The notes under the pieces are model-generated. The model did not search any database. It was given only the letters and a program-made list of their open reading frames with translations, and had not been told where the DNA came from. The translations under genes and the position numbers were made by a program. A stretch of DNA of 60,662 bases, the filler included, from Basidiobolus ranarum (lineage: Eukaryota): assembly GCA_040143965.1 (NCBI GenBank). It is 10 parts of 10 records of this genome, joined end to end, with 100 filler letters (N's around TTAATTAATTAA, not from the genome) between each part and the next. Parts side by side here need not be neighbours in the genome. Positions count along the whole stretch, not along the records: positions 24,353 to 30,334 come from JASJQH010008323.1; positions 30,435 to 36,408 come from JASJQH010008324.1; positions 36,509 to 42,474 come from JASJQH010008325.1; 7 more parts are not named here. One strand, given 5' to 3'. Position 1 is the first letter of the stretch. The number at the start of each line of letters is the position of its first letter. Below, piece by piece: positions 24,630 to 37,785 of this stretch.

Positions 24630-25194
24630 TATTTTTCTTAATGTTTTCCTTGGTGAGAAAGTATGTTTATGTCCAAGTGTTTGTTCTATGAAAAATTCTC
24701 TACAAACCGGTGTATTCGAAGTCGTGAAAACAAAAAAGAATAATAAACAATACTTTCAACTGTTGCACACATCAAATCCAACCCCCCTTCATCTCTCACC
24801 CCCAGTTGATATGAGATTAAACAATTATTTATGTAGAAATAAAGTTTAATCGCGTAATTAATTTGTTCGTTTAAATGTTCCGCAGTTCATGTTTCAGTGC
24901 AAAACTTACATGCCATCTCATCTTGATATAAACGCTTGGGGTCTTCCACATTGGTTAAGAAGCCACATAGTCTAAAGTCACGTGTTAAAGGTATTTATAC
25001 GTTTTCCGCTTAGTCAAGTAGTCAAGCGTTATCCATTACAGTAAACTATTTTGAGAGATATAACGGTCTCAGAGAGAGTGAGGTAAGGAATAAGAGTATG
25101 CTTTTCGACCGAAACACTTCTTATAAGGAAAAACCCTCGAACAGTCCAACTTGTTGCTCACTATCTTTTAGTTTGTATATTTAGTTACCCCGAT

Positions 25195-26388
25195 ATGTTA
25201 CGCATTGAACATTACCTTCAGCTAACGTTCAAGAGCCGATATAGAATATCTCAGAAATCACTTTTTCTCAAAATGTCAACCGTTCTATCTGCCCAAAAGC
25301 GCACCATAAGTTATGCTTCCTGCAACGTCAATGCTGACTTGCAGAACCAAAGACGTATCAAAGGATTGGTTTTCGATGTATGTAGAGAAAGTGACTGGCC
25401 CAACGTTTGTAATATCTGTATTTCTAATCTGCCTTGTATTTAATGCTCTTTTTCGAAATAATTTCAGATGGATGGAACCTTAGTGTACCCAATTACGGTA
25501 ATTTATTTAAACCAATACACAGAAACGTTTAGGAGATATGGAAGCCTAACCATGCTATTGAAAAGCCTTTCTTAAAAGAAATGCGAGTTCAACTGAAGGT
25601 TCCAGAAGGTGTAGATATCTTAACTTATTTACATTCCTTGGAGGGGCAAGTGCGTGAGGAAGGAGAACAAATTATTAAAAATTTGGAAGCTCAAGCTCTG
25701 CTAGAAATGAAAATACACCCTGGTAGATATGAAAGCAAGCAGAAAAATTGAAGTATACTATCACATTATTAATGCTTAACTTTTGCACTAATAGGATTGA
25801 GAACACTAATTAAGGTCTGTATTTTATTTTGTGAATGCCAAGATTACTTCAGTGTTGTACGTGCCTGTCTTTTCTAAACTTATTATCTCATCAGTTCCTC
25901 GAAGATCAATCTCTTCGTAAGGTAAGCGATTTACCACCTTAGTAGTTGGTTTTTATTAGAGTATATTCGAGTAGTGTATCTATTTAGGCTATCTTGACTA
26001 GAAACAATCCCGCTACTGTTGATCACTTCCTAGCTCAAACCAATCACCAATTTGAAACTGTTGTTACTAGAGAATTTCGACCTCCTAAACCTAGCCCAGC
26101 ACCCCTCCTACATATCGTTGACGAATGGGTAGCCAGTATTGTATATCTGAAGATGTAGATCCATGAATTCTAACAATGCTTATATGTATCCAGGGATTTA
26201 GGCCAGAGGAGGTGTTCATGATAGGTGACCACTCGGACGATTTGGAATGTGGAAGTAGAGCAGGAGCACTTACTATCTTATTGCGTAATGACATCAATGG
26301 ACACTTCGCAGAAATGGCTGATTTTGTTGTTGATCGTCTTGATGAGATTATTCCCATCCTTCAAAATGGATTTCAAGTTGAAAAATAG
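25195..26388 (+). CDS. HAD-superfamily hydrolase (YOR131C-like), multi-exon; possible mitochondrial presequence or start at a later Met
   Basis: Spliced GLVFD/MDGTL, AILTRNN, TREFRPPKPSPAPLLHI and MIGDHSDDLECGSRAGA. Confidence 0.85.
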
Positions 26389-27203
26389 ACCTTGTGTTGG
26401 CACTAATAAATTAACGAATTCATTCATTGTTCAGATATGTTGAAATGTCCCCCAGGCATGAGCTACCTTGTAGTTCCAATGCTTGCTCTGATCTTCTTGG
26501 GAGTATTGTAGAAATTCTTGGCCAAATTTCGACAACTTAATGAGATAAAACGTAGATCATTGATCCTTACAAAGGATCTTTCATCAGTGCCCCTTTCTTA
26601 GAACTAATAGCCTAATAAGCCACCCGATGTGGCTTATTCGTTAGATCGAGCAATTAATTCGTAATTTGATCTTACTGTTTGGCTGAATTTTGCTTCGACA
26701 AATAGGAGTCAAAGACTATCCCAGTAAATGTTCCAGAAAGTGGATTTAAACCGAGCCGGATGAACATTCATCAATCAAAAGTCCATACTTCATCGAATCT
26801 TTCCTGGCCATCAGGAAGCAGGCTAATTGATGTTCCAATATGGTTTACAGAACCCAAAGTGTGACGTTTTACATTAGCGACTATCAGTCACTTTGATGCA
26901 ATCTATTCTACTGGAATGGTTACCATAATTTGTGCTTTTTGGGGGGGGGGGGTTTGTTCTTGGATCAAGGTTTTTGCATACTGATGATCAATTCTTTTGT
27001 TTTTATATAATTGAAAAGAAGTCTCTACTCTTTCATTGATGCTTTCTGCAAAGAATCGCTAAAGGAACTAATAAGGGTTGATTTGGACACAAATCATGGA
27101 GTAATCATTTAGAATTGTAGGTTGAGGTTAAGAAAAGCAGAGGGTATAGTCATGTAGTTTTTCAAGGCAATAAGTATATAGGGAATTTGGTGTCACACGT
27201 ATT

Positions 27204-29534
27204 TTAGATATCTGAGAACTCAAGCCTGATTTTACCATTCTTGTAAAGTACGTCGTTAGTGTCATTTACTTTAGAAGGACTGGAGTCTACTGATTGGGGC
27301 TGTTCATAGCGACGTTTTGACGGACTCTTGAAATTGTTAGGATAGGTGTGAGCATAGTTGGGCTCGAGATTTATGTCTGGAGATTCTGGGATTTGACTAG
27401 TGAAGTTCTTCAAAAGTTTTCGGAAGGCGATTTGAATTTGCTGGACCTAATGCATAATTGTCAGTGCATGCAAAGCAACGATATGAATATGTGGAAACTT
27501 TCACTCTAGCTGCCAGTTACCTTAGTTACATCCCTAGCGAAAATACGAATAACTATCTCTTCAAAATGTTCGGGAACAAGGTAGCTGACTTTCGTCTTTG
27601 GAATCGAGAACGCTTCTGAAAAACAACCAAAAATATTTAGTGTCCTGCCTCCCTAGATGCTGTAAAAATGATTTTCTTGCTACCATCGCCGTTGAATCTG
27701 GAGAAGAATTTAATAGAGTCCACTGGATTTTGATTTTTTTTCCCGTAGTTGATAGATAGCCATTCAACAATAACATCGTCAAGTGATATGTTGTCTCCAG
27801 CTTTTTGTCGAGAAACGATTTCTGCTTCGTTAACCATAGACTTTAAAACACAGCCAGAAATGATCAGATTAGCTACAACTAAAAATATGAATGGGTGCGA
27901 GCCACCTACCTTCGTCAAATACTGCTTGAGTTCGCTCGGAATTATGAATTCGTCTACAAATTTGTATAGTTGTCGCTGTCTAATACGTTTAATGATTTTC
28001 CTAGCAGGAAGAAGATCCTATCGAGAAAGGAAAATTTGGTAGTTAGAATAAGAAATATTATATCCTTCGGTATCACTGAGATCCTCACATCTGTTTTGGA
28101 TCGCTCGATTTGTTTCAAAATATCATCAGTCAGATGCAAATAGTCTTGAGGAGTTTCGATCGCCTTGGAAATCTCAAGATATGGATCTGCAGCAAGCATC
28201 GCATCAGTCAACATGTACTCGATTGACTTGCCTGTTTTCATAGTAAGAAAGGTAGAGTTAGTCGGACTAGGTTGCGATTGTTTACCAAGACAGTTAAGCT
28301 GCTACGCACCCACACGATGAGTGTATATTCTTTTGAAAAGGCTGTATCTAGTATGGAACATTTCATACAAATTATACACCTCCTTTTGATGGAAACAAAT
28401 CTGATTATCAATCACACGACTGAAGGTCATCAATCTGGCACCAGGAGAAAAACAGTCAGCTCAATACTCTGGAGCATACTCCGCACAGTCACAATGCCAC
28501 TATACCTTGATGAATCATAACTACTCTTTATGCCAAGGTTGTAGCAATCACGCTCAATGTAGTCAAATTTGTCAACGTCAACAGAGTTTCTTTTGTTGGC
28601 TACAATATCAAACAGAAAACGCTTCTCATGCTGTTGACTGAAGTAAAACCAACAGTACCGTTAGCAACTATATTTCCATCGTAGCAGCATGGCATATCAT
28701 AAGTAAACGCTCTTACCTAACCGATCTGGATTCACCCGTAATAAGATCTTTGATAAAATCAATTTCTTGCTTGTCGATATCGATGTAGTTCTCTTCTATT
28801 AAATTCTCGAGCATCATCTCAGAGGCTTGTTCGTGGGACCAAACAATATCAGGACTGTGGAGAATGTCACAAAATGAAGATGAAGTTATTTTTTGATGAA
28901 AAGGCTGTAAATTAACATCATGAAAAGCTGGAAACTTACCGAGAACGAGGAATAAATTCGTTATCGAAAATGTGACTAAAAGGCCCATGTCCTACGAAAA
29001 AAACTTAGTTACCGAGTGTACTTGCACGAAACTATTCAGTGCTCTGTTATATACACTGATAGTAAACTCTACCCAAATCATGACATAGTCCGGCCAATTT
29101 CACACATTTGATATCTTGCTCGTCAATTTCTAGCTCTGGTTGACTGGATTTCAATCTCTCTATGAGGTTTCCAGCCAAGTGGGAGACACCTGAGAAAAAT
29201 CAATTGGAATATTAAGTCATTGAGTAAGAAATTAATACATGAAAATAAAATTCTCACCGATGGAATGCTCAAATCGGTTATGACTAGCTCCAGGAAAAAC
29301 AAAATACGCAGACCCGAGCTGTTTCAGATCGCGCAGACGTTGAAACTGTTCTGTATCAATAACGTCTAAGCAGTGCTCGTCGATGTTGATGTAACCCTTT
29401 AGTATGTAAGTAGAATATTGTTAATCAGTAAATAAGATAATCTCGAGCAAAAAGCATTGGATTAGCTTCAATCAATACGATCTCGAACGTACATGGATAG
29501 GATCGTTAACGTATTTAGTTAGTCTTGTATCCAT
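27204..29534 (-). CDS. SAMHD1: SAMHD1-like HD-domain dNTP triphosphohydrolase (no SAM domain), multi-exon
   Basis: [105 protein letters not shown] and RQLYKFV. Confidence 0.9.
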
Positions 29535-31157
29535 GCTTGTGATATTACTTTGTCAAACAACCGATAGAAAATATAGTTGGTTTTGCGAAGGAGGAGAAGA
29601 AATTGTGTACCAAAAGAGTACCTTTGTAGGGTAGAAGTGAAAGAGGTGCGTATTTTAAAGCCAGCAAGAAACAGGGCCCGATTAAAAGTATTGATAAATT
29701 AGATAGATTGGACTGCTTTATTATATCTCTCGTTTTTACATGGGGCTGGAATTAGTGAAGTAAAGACATGTAATCATGAAGAATGACAGCTCGAAATCGA
29801 GTAGTTTTATCGTTCAAATCTTATGGTGAAGCTTAGGTAGATTCATGATCTCGAATAGTCAAATAGAAGTTCTGCATCCAATCAGAGCCACTTGAGCACT
29901 GACATTCAATGAAATCAGAGTCTGATTAGGTTGTCAATTCTAGTCTGGAAAAGCTCCGCAACCTACAGGATTTTACTCTAAAAGTAGACGATGTTAATTT
30001 TTTTTTGGACGAATCAAATTATATTTGAGACACTCTACCTTTTTGGATGATACGAAAATAAAATATTAGTTTAGACATGCCCTGGCCGAAGCCAAAGAAA
30101 GCTGTGTTTGATACAGCGATTAATGTGGCGCGAACTCGTTCATTAAGAATCTCATTAGAGATATCATAAATATTTTGCAGCATTTACATCTCGGTTCCAG
30201 ATCATCCCAAGCTAGGACGCTAACTAGACCGATAAACGCAGGAGTCAAGTCTGCTTGCTGGCAGGAGTGGCAAACCTAACTCACAGACGTTATTAGTTTA
30301 TAACAATAAAGGCCATTTTGTTCAACTTTACCTTNNNNNNNNNNNNNNNNNNNNNNNNNNNNNNNNNNNNNNNNNNNNTTAATTAATTAANNNNNNNNNN
30401 NNNNNNNNNNNNNNNNNNNNNNNNNNNNNNNNNNTAGCTCACGGTTTCCTTTTGTAAAAAATAGATTAAGCGCTGACCACTTCCTGAAACTGATGCGGTC
30501 ATAGTACCATTAAACTCTCTGACCTTGTACAGAATATCCTCAGCTGGGCTTATTTTTCTTGGAACCTTAATTGTTACCTAACAAAATCGATGTATATGGT
30601 GTTGCACGAATAAGGGCTCTTGCGAGTTAGTAAGAATGGGCACAAAAGCCTCACTGTGTGTGTATTTTGGTAGAGTTGAATGAAAAAGACAGTCAACAAA
30701 AAAATGGAAATTCTTTCCGTAGGTGTTTGCTTTTAGTTTTCACGATGGCTACCACTCAGCAAAAAGGTGTATATACATTTCTATAGCGCTGAAATCCACT
30801 ATCGATTTATCCAGCGATGGTCACTGAATTAACTATGTCTTGCTATGGCTACATATCGAGCTGGTGCAATTTTCATTAATGTGATAAGCATATACTGACT
30901 AGGCATGTGATAATTATTGAAGTATGTTAAGATTGTGTAATATTATCACAGCAAAGGTGTTGTTGTAGCAATATATCCATAGTAATATTGATGAACTTGT
31001 AACATTCCTCCGGGAAAAAATAGTCCTGTACTGATTAATTCAAATATTCCAGTCATGCCATCAAAGTTGCATATATCCCGGGAATATTGAGAAAAAAATA
31101 AACTTGTAGACTTTTCCAATGCTTTCTACATACCTAGAGCCCTACAAACTCGGTTAT

Positions 31158-31490
31158 TATTGTGAGTATTTGGGATGAATTCGAAGTGTTTAGGGAAATT
31201 AAAAAAATGTGATTTGAACTTGTTGTTTTATTGAATTAAAGTACTTTTGCTGAAAATGAAGAAAAGAAGCTACAGAGATGTATTTCTAGGGTGTTTATGA
31301 AGTAGAGATTAAAGTTTCAGGAGTTTTGGACAAGATTGAAAATTTCTATCTTTTCTGGATATTTCAGACATTTGTCAAATGTATCCATAATATATGCTAC
31401 GATTTTGGCATGAAAAATTAACCAAATAAATATCAACTATGCTAAACAAGATATATGAATAGTTCGATGCTTAATTCTAATATTTCGACA
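31158..31490 (-). mobile_element. Solo LTR, family B
   Basis: Homologous to 45504-45766; TG...(C/T)A termini; near-TSD GTTAT/GTCAT. Confidence 0.7.
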
Positions 31491-31669
31491 GTCATATGGT
31501 TACTTTCTTTAATACTAATCCAAGTATAAACTTAGGGTAATATTGTTCAGGTAAGTTTTTCAAGTGGGGAGGCATATTTGCGAGATTTTATAAATTGGAG
31601 CCTATGAGGTATAGATCTACGGAGAGTAGTACAACATCATAAGGCCAGTAAATCAGTGAAAATAGAATG

Positions 31670-31982
31670 TATTGAAATCAGCAAAGCCTAAACACCTATA
31701 TAGTCATATATAGCTTAGTATTTAGTTATTCTATACTTCACTAAGATATCACCCACTTACTTAGAAGTACTCAGATATATAGATTTTGACACCTTGTGCT
31801 AGAGGCCCCAAACGTTACACACATGTTTCTGGGACCTTCCTTGACTCATTTACACGTTAGCTTGTTTACATCATGACAAAAGTATAAATGTCAACTTTCT
31901 ACTCAATAAATCAAAAAGTGAAAGCCATCAATTCTTCTGGTTCAAAAAACAACTTCCAACAAACTCCCAAAATACTTCTACA
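31670..31982 (+). mobile_element. Solo LTR, family A, with 5-bp TSD
   Basis: Flanked by GAATG at 31665-31669 and 31983-31987. Confidence 0.9.
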
Positions 31983-34900
31983 GAATGTACCATTTTGAAA
32001 TATTCTAACCTTTTGAGTTTGAAACTTGATTGTTGCTTAGATAAGTAACATAAGTAACATATCTTCTGTAGAGTTTTAACTTAAAGGATAGGTAAAGTAC
32101 AAGTATATTCCATGAGATATATAAAATAGTTCGGCAAAATAAAAGGTAAATATTACAAGAATGTGGCTTTCTATATCCCAAATTTATGCTCTAACTTTCT
32201 AGTTAACTATTAGATGTTAATTTAGATGTGACATATGAGATAGATGAATGAAGAGGGGGATGGTAAACATGCAAGGGATGATAAACTTCAGCATTTCTCA
32301 ATTCATTAAAATAGCACATATATTATACAATGATTCTAATACTGTCTATGATCTCCAAATACACACATCTTCTCTATCTGAGATTATGTATGTTTGATTA
32401 TTCTCAGTATCGATGTCTTTGCATGGACATTTATTTTGGATAAGATGTTAATACAATGCCAGTCTTGAAACTTGACGTTCTGAAATACTACAGAAACATT
32501 GAGAAAATTAGAAGTTTTCTCCAAAAAGCCAAAAGATCCCCTAAATCCTTTTCCTCACCCACAAAGAGTTTTGCCAATCATCAATATTCTTCAACGCAGC
32601 ATATTTAAAGCCATATTTCTTCATCTTACTGTAAGCATCTCTATACATATAACACTCAATGCTTCTTATATTTTTATCAGAAAAGACACAATGACCCATG
32701 GTTCGTGTGTATATACTACTGAAAGTATCGAATTCTGTTCCCATCAGCTTGTAACTGATCTACCAGAGAATATCCTGTGTTCTCAATTATGTGCAATTAT
32801 ACAGTATGGAAAGCTCACGACTAAATATCGGTCTTTTCATAGAATGGAATGGTCACGTAAATCATAGCAAACACAAATGCGATAGTTAGATATCATTGGC
32901 ATTGTTTGCAATATTGACAGAGTTGAGATATCTCATAGATTAGTCATGACGACATTACCAATACATTCAGGAAACCTACAGGATTTGAAAGACAACACCC
33001 TATCCTTGCACCCAGCTACTCACATCATTTGACCTATGTTGGCGGTTTTCCTGGATCTTAATTGTTTATCTAACGGTTGGGGGAAGGTATAGATGGATAT
33101 CGGCTACTAGTACCCGCTGGGAACGAGCAGTGAATATCAATGAGGCCAAATTGAGTAGGAAATTAAATAGGTTAAGAGTGAATATAGTCCTATGTCTGCA
33201 TGTTGATGGACAATCACTGAGTAGACCATGCTAGCTGGTCTTGTAATTCCAGGTATTTCCTGAATTTAAACTAAACAGTTTGAGTCTAAGTCGGTTGTGG
33301 GAAAGAGGATGACAGTGACATGAATTATTTGTATTTTAACTACAGGAAGTTACCTCACTTTATTCAATACGGACATTTACCTCCAATAAAAGTGTACCAA
33401 GAATTTTCCTTGGAATGCAGGTTAGTCTCAAGTCGGATTTGTCTTGTTACTATGCCAAGAGCCTATTTATGCTCAAAGTCTGCTCCAAAGTTGCTTACCA
33501 CACAAGTGCTCCACAGTAGCCATTCCAACCAAAATATTGACCAAGTGTTGATGGAGTATGCCACTAAGCTTTGGCCGATATAGAGGAATCATTACGTATG
33601 GTAATAGTAATAAACATTCCTATGGATAAATAGGTTATCCGAGCCCAATCTAGCGAAACATTGATATGCATGCAGTCTCGTGTTCTGAATAGCTGAGTTG
33701 AATATCGCCATTTGGAAAACTAGACCACCATAGTATGAAATCTTCATTATACTATGCGGTATCTCTCGCATATTTTGGGTTGATCTCGGTTTCCATTTCT
33801 TAGAGTTAAGCCAATTAAAAATTAGCCGTTGATTGACATTAGGACAAGAATTGAAATATCTGATGGTCAACTGATAGGTTGCATATGTAACGGAGATTCC
33901 GACTTGTTTAGAGTCACTGTCATGAACAATTAAGATCCACCTATACTCCAATTTGTAGCTGAGCGTGTTCATTCGTGATTGATTATGCTCTGCAATATGT
34001 CCACATTAGTGGATATTTAGACTGTAAATGTTTACAGTCTATTTCATAAATTGATAGTGTACTTCCGATTTCATTCATGGACTTACGGTTTCAACCACGA
34101 GAAGCGAATTCATATCCCGGATCTCAGTGGATTCAATGTAGTGCTGTTCTGTAGTACCAAGTTTAATTCAATGGAATGCGAGTGATATCATCGGAGACTC
34201 TTTGTCGGATACCAAATTCCCCGATATTTCCTCCTCAAATTACGCTATATGGGCTTAATACTCCAAGGGGGGGTTGAATACCAGGTTTGGGATATATACA
34301 AAGGGAAAGTTCAGAGTACCGAATCCACGCTACCAAGCTAAAACATTTGGTTAGATGTCGCCTTTCGGCAATTGGGTCTAGGGTTTATCGTGCATTTGGA
34401 TTCACATTCTAAAAGAGTAACTGAGCCTCATCTCTATCCATCAACAGATAAAGTGAATCTTTGTGAAATCTATTGGACATATGATAGAGATGATATGTAA
34501 AAGAGGTGAAAAAAAATGTTGGGTTTGAGCTTCCAGTTTCACACCGGCTTGGATTTGTCAATCGTGAGATTTTCCTGATTGTCAAGCATCTCACCCAGTA
34601 TCTATATCAATTTGTTTAACTTCCCTTGGATTTTCTGTAAAGTAAACGTGCTTGGAGTTTCTTAAGAAAACTTCGATGAGTCCGTAATTTTCTTATTTGC
34701 AGTGTAACTTGGCAGAGTTCTAGCGTGCATATATAGGGATTGTTTTTTGGGGAGCTCAGTATAGTCATTTTCGGGATATCTTATCTAGGCCGGACACTGA
34801 GTGTAAAATATTGTGTAGGATTCAGATTTATTATGGGATCGTAGGGCAAGACTTGCATATTATCCTCTGGTGCTGGTAATGTATGTAGAGTGGCTCCCAC

Positions 34901-35757
34901 TAGCTAAATCCAGCCAATCGATCACTAATCAATGGAACTGCAGTGCATGAAAGTTCTTTCTGCATCCAAATAATCCTGCTTGGATCACTGAGCGTATGGG
35001 TGGCGCATAAGCTTTAGAGTTACTCAACGTGCTAGATTCTAGATTGGCCACATCCTATAGGATACATAGAGATCGATTAACCTTGATAGCACAAACATAA
35101 CCATTTAATTGCGGTTGATTGGATCATTTCCCGGGCATAACCAATGAGGTAATTATGGAAGCCCATTAAACCGACACAAAGTGGTTTCAAGGATTAAGTT
35201 TGCTGTCCACGATAAATGATAGAGTCCTACCTAGAATTGGTGAAATATCACAGAAGAACAAGGCAACATTAAACTGCAAGTCAACCAAGTAAATGTGAGT
35301 TGTTGGTGCCAAGGTGATGTGACCAATATTATGTGTTTTGTATTAAGCGGTTGAACGACCAGTTAATCAAGTTGGTGGTGTTGACTATCTCTAGCATGCT
35401 ATTCCAGTCCAATATGATGTATTGATCAAATCCCGCGCGAGTGATTCAATTCACCAACTCGAACTATTTTCTATTTGCAATCTTTCATGGAGAAAGTTTT
35501 ATTTATGAGGCTAAAGGTTCGACATAAATTGCGAAAAAGGAAGCAAGGAAAAAAACCTGTTTTTCTATATTTAAAACGGTTCAGAGAGAGGTCGGGAGCA
35601 GGTATCGAACCCGTCAAAAGGACGACTAGAGTTGGGGAAAGGGTGTGTAAGTGAGCATCACCCGGGTAACATAGCTCAATTGTATCAATGGGGATCACAA
35701 GAAATAGGATGCTCAATGTGAGCTAATGTAAAAGCTCCTAGGGAGAAGATGAATACT

Positions 35758-36408
35758 TTACAAGGTTTGTTGACGAACATGTCTCCTACTACGCGTATTT
35801 TGTCGTTGATGGGTACGAGTATGTTGTCTAAGATTGTCCTGCCTCGAAAAGGCTTTTCCACAACCTGGAAAGGAACATGAGAATGGCCGCTCCATAGTAT
35901 GTATACGATGGTGACGCTTAAGGTGCTCTAGGCGTTTAAATCGCATATCGCAGCCTGCTACTGTACATATATGAACCTTGTCGGTTTGAGAGACGACAAT
36001 CCTCTTAAGATTTGCGGTGGTCTGATCTGTCTTTAAGCTGTTCGGAAAGCATCCGGAACTCTTGGATGGCTTTGGTCTATCGTTAGCGTCATTAACACAT
36101 CGGAGTTTGCTGGGTACTGGTGAGGTTGAAGCTGAAGCGCAAGTATAAGCGCCATTTGATAATGGTGGTGAATAGTCAGTCACTGTCGATATAGTATGTC
36201 TTCTTTCTCGTTTGACTCTTTTAGATTGGGGGATCTTCTCAAACAGATCTACACCACTATCATCATCGTAATTCAGAAGCATTCCAATGGTGATTTTGGA
36301 GAAAGAAATGTCTGGTTGTGTTTGAGAAGCTCGCTTATTCTGAAGTGTCTCATCTGGACACTGTAATCGGTTAAGTGATGGTATGGAATCTTGACGACAA
36401 TAGAAATG
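35758..36408 (-). CDS. C2H2 zinc-finger transcription factor (two fingers, Ste12/SteA-type finger sequence), possibly 5'-truncated
   Basis: [53 protein letters not shown]; the frame stays open to the contig end. Confidence 0.85.
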   Translation of the reverse strand, partial: HFYCRQDSIPSLNRLQCPDETLQNKRASQTQPDISFSKITIGMLLNYDDDSGVDLFEKIPQSKRVKRERRHTISTVTDYSPPLSNGAYTCASASTSPVPSKLRCVNDANDRPKPSKSSGCFPNSLKTDQTTANLKRIVVSQTDKVHICTVAGCDMRFKRLEHLKRHHRIHTMERPFSCSFPGCGKAFSRQDNLRQHTRTHQRQNTRSRRHVRQQTL

Positions 36409-36508
36409 NNNNNNNNNNNNNNNNNNNNNNNNNNNNNNNNNNNNNNNNNNNNTTAATTAATTAANNNNNNNNNNNNNNNNNNNNNNNNNNNNNNNNNNNN
36501 NNNNNNNN

Positions 36509-36617
36509 AAGTAAATTCCGATTGAGAATAATTGATAATATCTTAGTGAATTATAAGATAACTAAGTACTAAGCTATATATGACTATATAGGTGTTTAGG
36601 CAATGCTAATTTCAACA
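36509..36617 (-). mobile_element. Partial LTR-A at contig end
   Basis: ...ggtgtttaggcaatgctaatttcaaca is the reverse complement of the LTR-A 5' end. Confidence 0.85.
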
Positions 36618-37178
36618 CTTGAATGGGTTCTCTGAGTGTAGGGCAAATGCATACTTGAAAATACAAGTTATCTGATGAACTTGCAAATAAATCCAAAGTC
36701 CTTTAAAGATGCCAATATATGAATAGCTACACCAATTCAATCAAAGCATTCATGCTATCTTTTTCTTGTGTCATTAATATTTTCCAAATGAATGAAATAA
36801 GTCTTATGCTTTGTCTACCTATCTTCATAACTCCTCGGTGTATAGGTCAAGAATGTTCCCTTTCAAATAGTTTACCCATTACAGAAATTATTAAATGGCA
36901 ATAAAGGATTGGCTTTATTGGTTAGGTATATTTGATTTGTAAAAATCAGTGCACACTTGGAGTGTCGTCAATAGAGTATATACTGCTAAAGAAAATCGGT
37001 AGAATCGATCTAAGCTAAGTATAATTGGGAGGTGAGTTACTCTTCAAACAGTTTATTACAAATCATTCATCCGAGGGCTAACATTCGGAAGTAAGCGATG
37101 CTCGCAACTCTAATGTAAAACCCAATGAACATATGATTCGCATGGCCCCAAAGTATAGGGTAGATATAACTGATAATA

Positions 37179-37785
37179 TCAGTTTGAAGTTGCGTTTGTA
37201 AACGCAGTTGTAGCAAAACCTATTCAAAATCAGTTAGACAAAAGTATCAACAAAATGGACCCAATTTCCACGTACCAATTCTTTTGTTTGTGGTGTCATA
37301 CACAGTGTAAAATCTTTCTAAGAATGCTAGACCCAAAATGAAGTCCAATCCTTGTCCGGAACTGGTTCCTTGATCTCCAAAAGCAAGATATATTTCATTA
37401 GCTTTTCCACCTATCTGACTGTTCATCGATCGAGGAAATATACAGGCATTTGCGGTGAGCTCCAACGTTGTACCCTCGATGGTGATGAAGAGTGGTTGCA
37501 GGGCATTGAATTGGGCTGCAGTTAGCCTTGGTAATCCTGTTGCTTGATCTAATACCGCAACTGTGGCGTGCATGAATCTTTGGAAGGCTTCAGTAGGAAG
37601 TAACACCAATGATGTCGCCGAATCAACTATTCTCTGGGTTTTTGACATGATAACAGTGGTACCTCCGTAACGCATGGAGCCATCAATACCCCAGTAGTGA
37701 CTGGCTGGTACAGTGGTGGTTATTGGAGCGTAAGTAATTTTACCAGTGAATTTTGAGGAATCAGTGCCACCAAATGTAATTTATC
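37179..37785 (-). pseudogene. Pepsin-family (A1) aspartic protease, C-terminal lobe only, polyporopepsin-like
   Basis: G*ITFGGTDSSKFTGKITYAPIT..ASHYWGID..IVDSATSL..LELTANACIFPRSMN..GLDFILGLAFLERFYTVYDTTNKRI/GFATTAFTNATSN. In-frame stop at 37781-37783, D(T/S)G reads DSA, and no N-lobe exons are seen upstream. Confidence 0.75.

Noticed and set aside
35590-35616. B-box/T-arm-like GGGTTCGATACC on the minus strand
   Set aside because: No D arm, anticodon arm or acceptor pairing.
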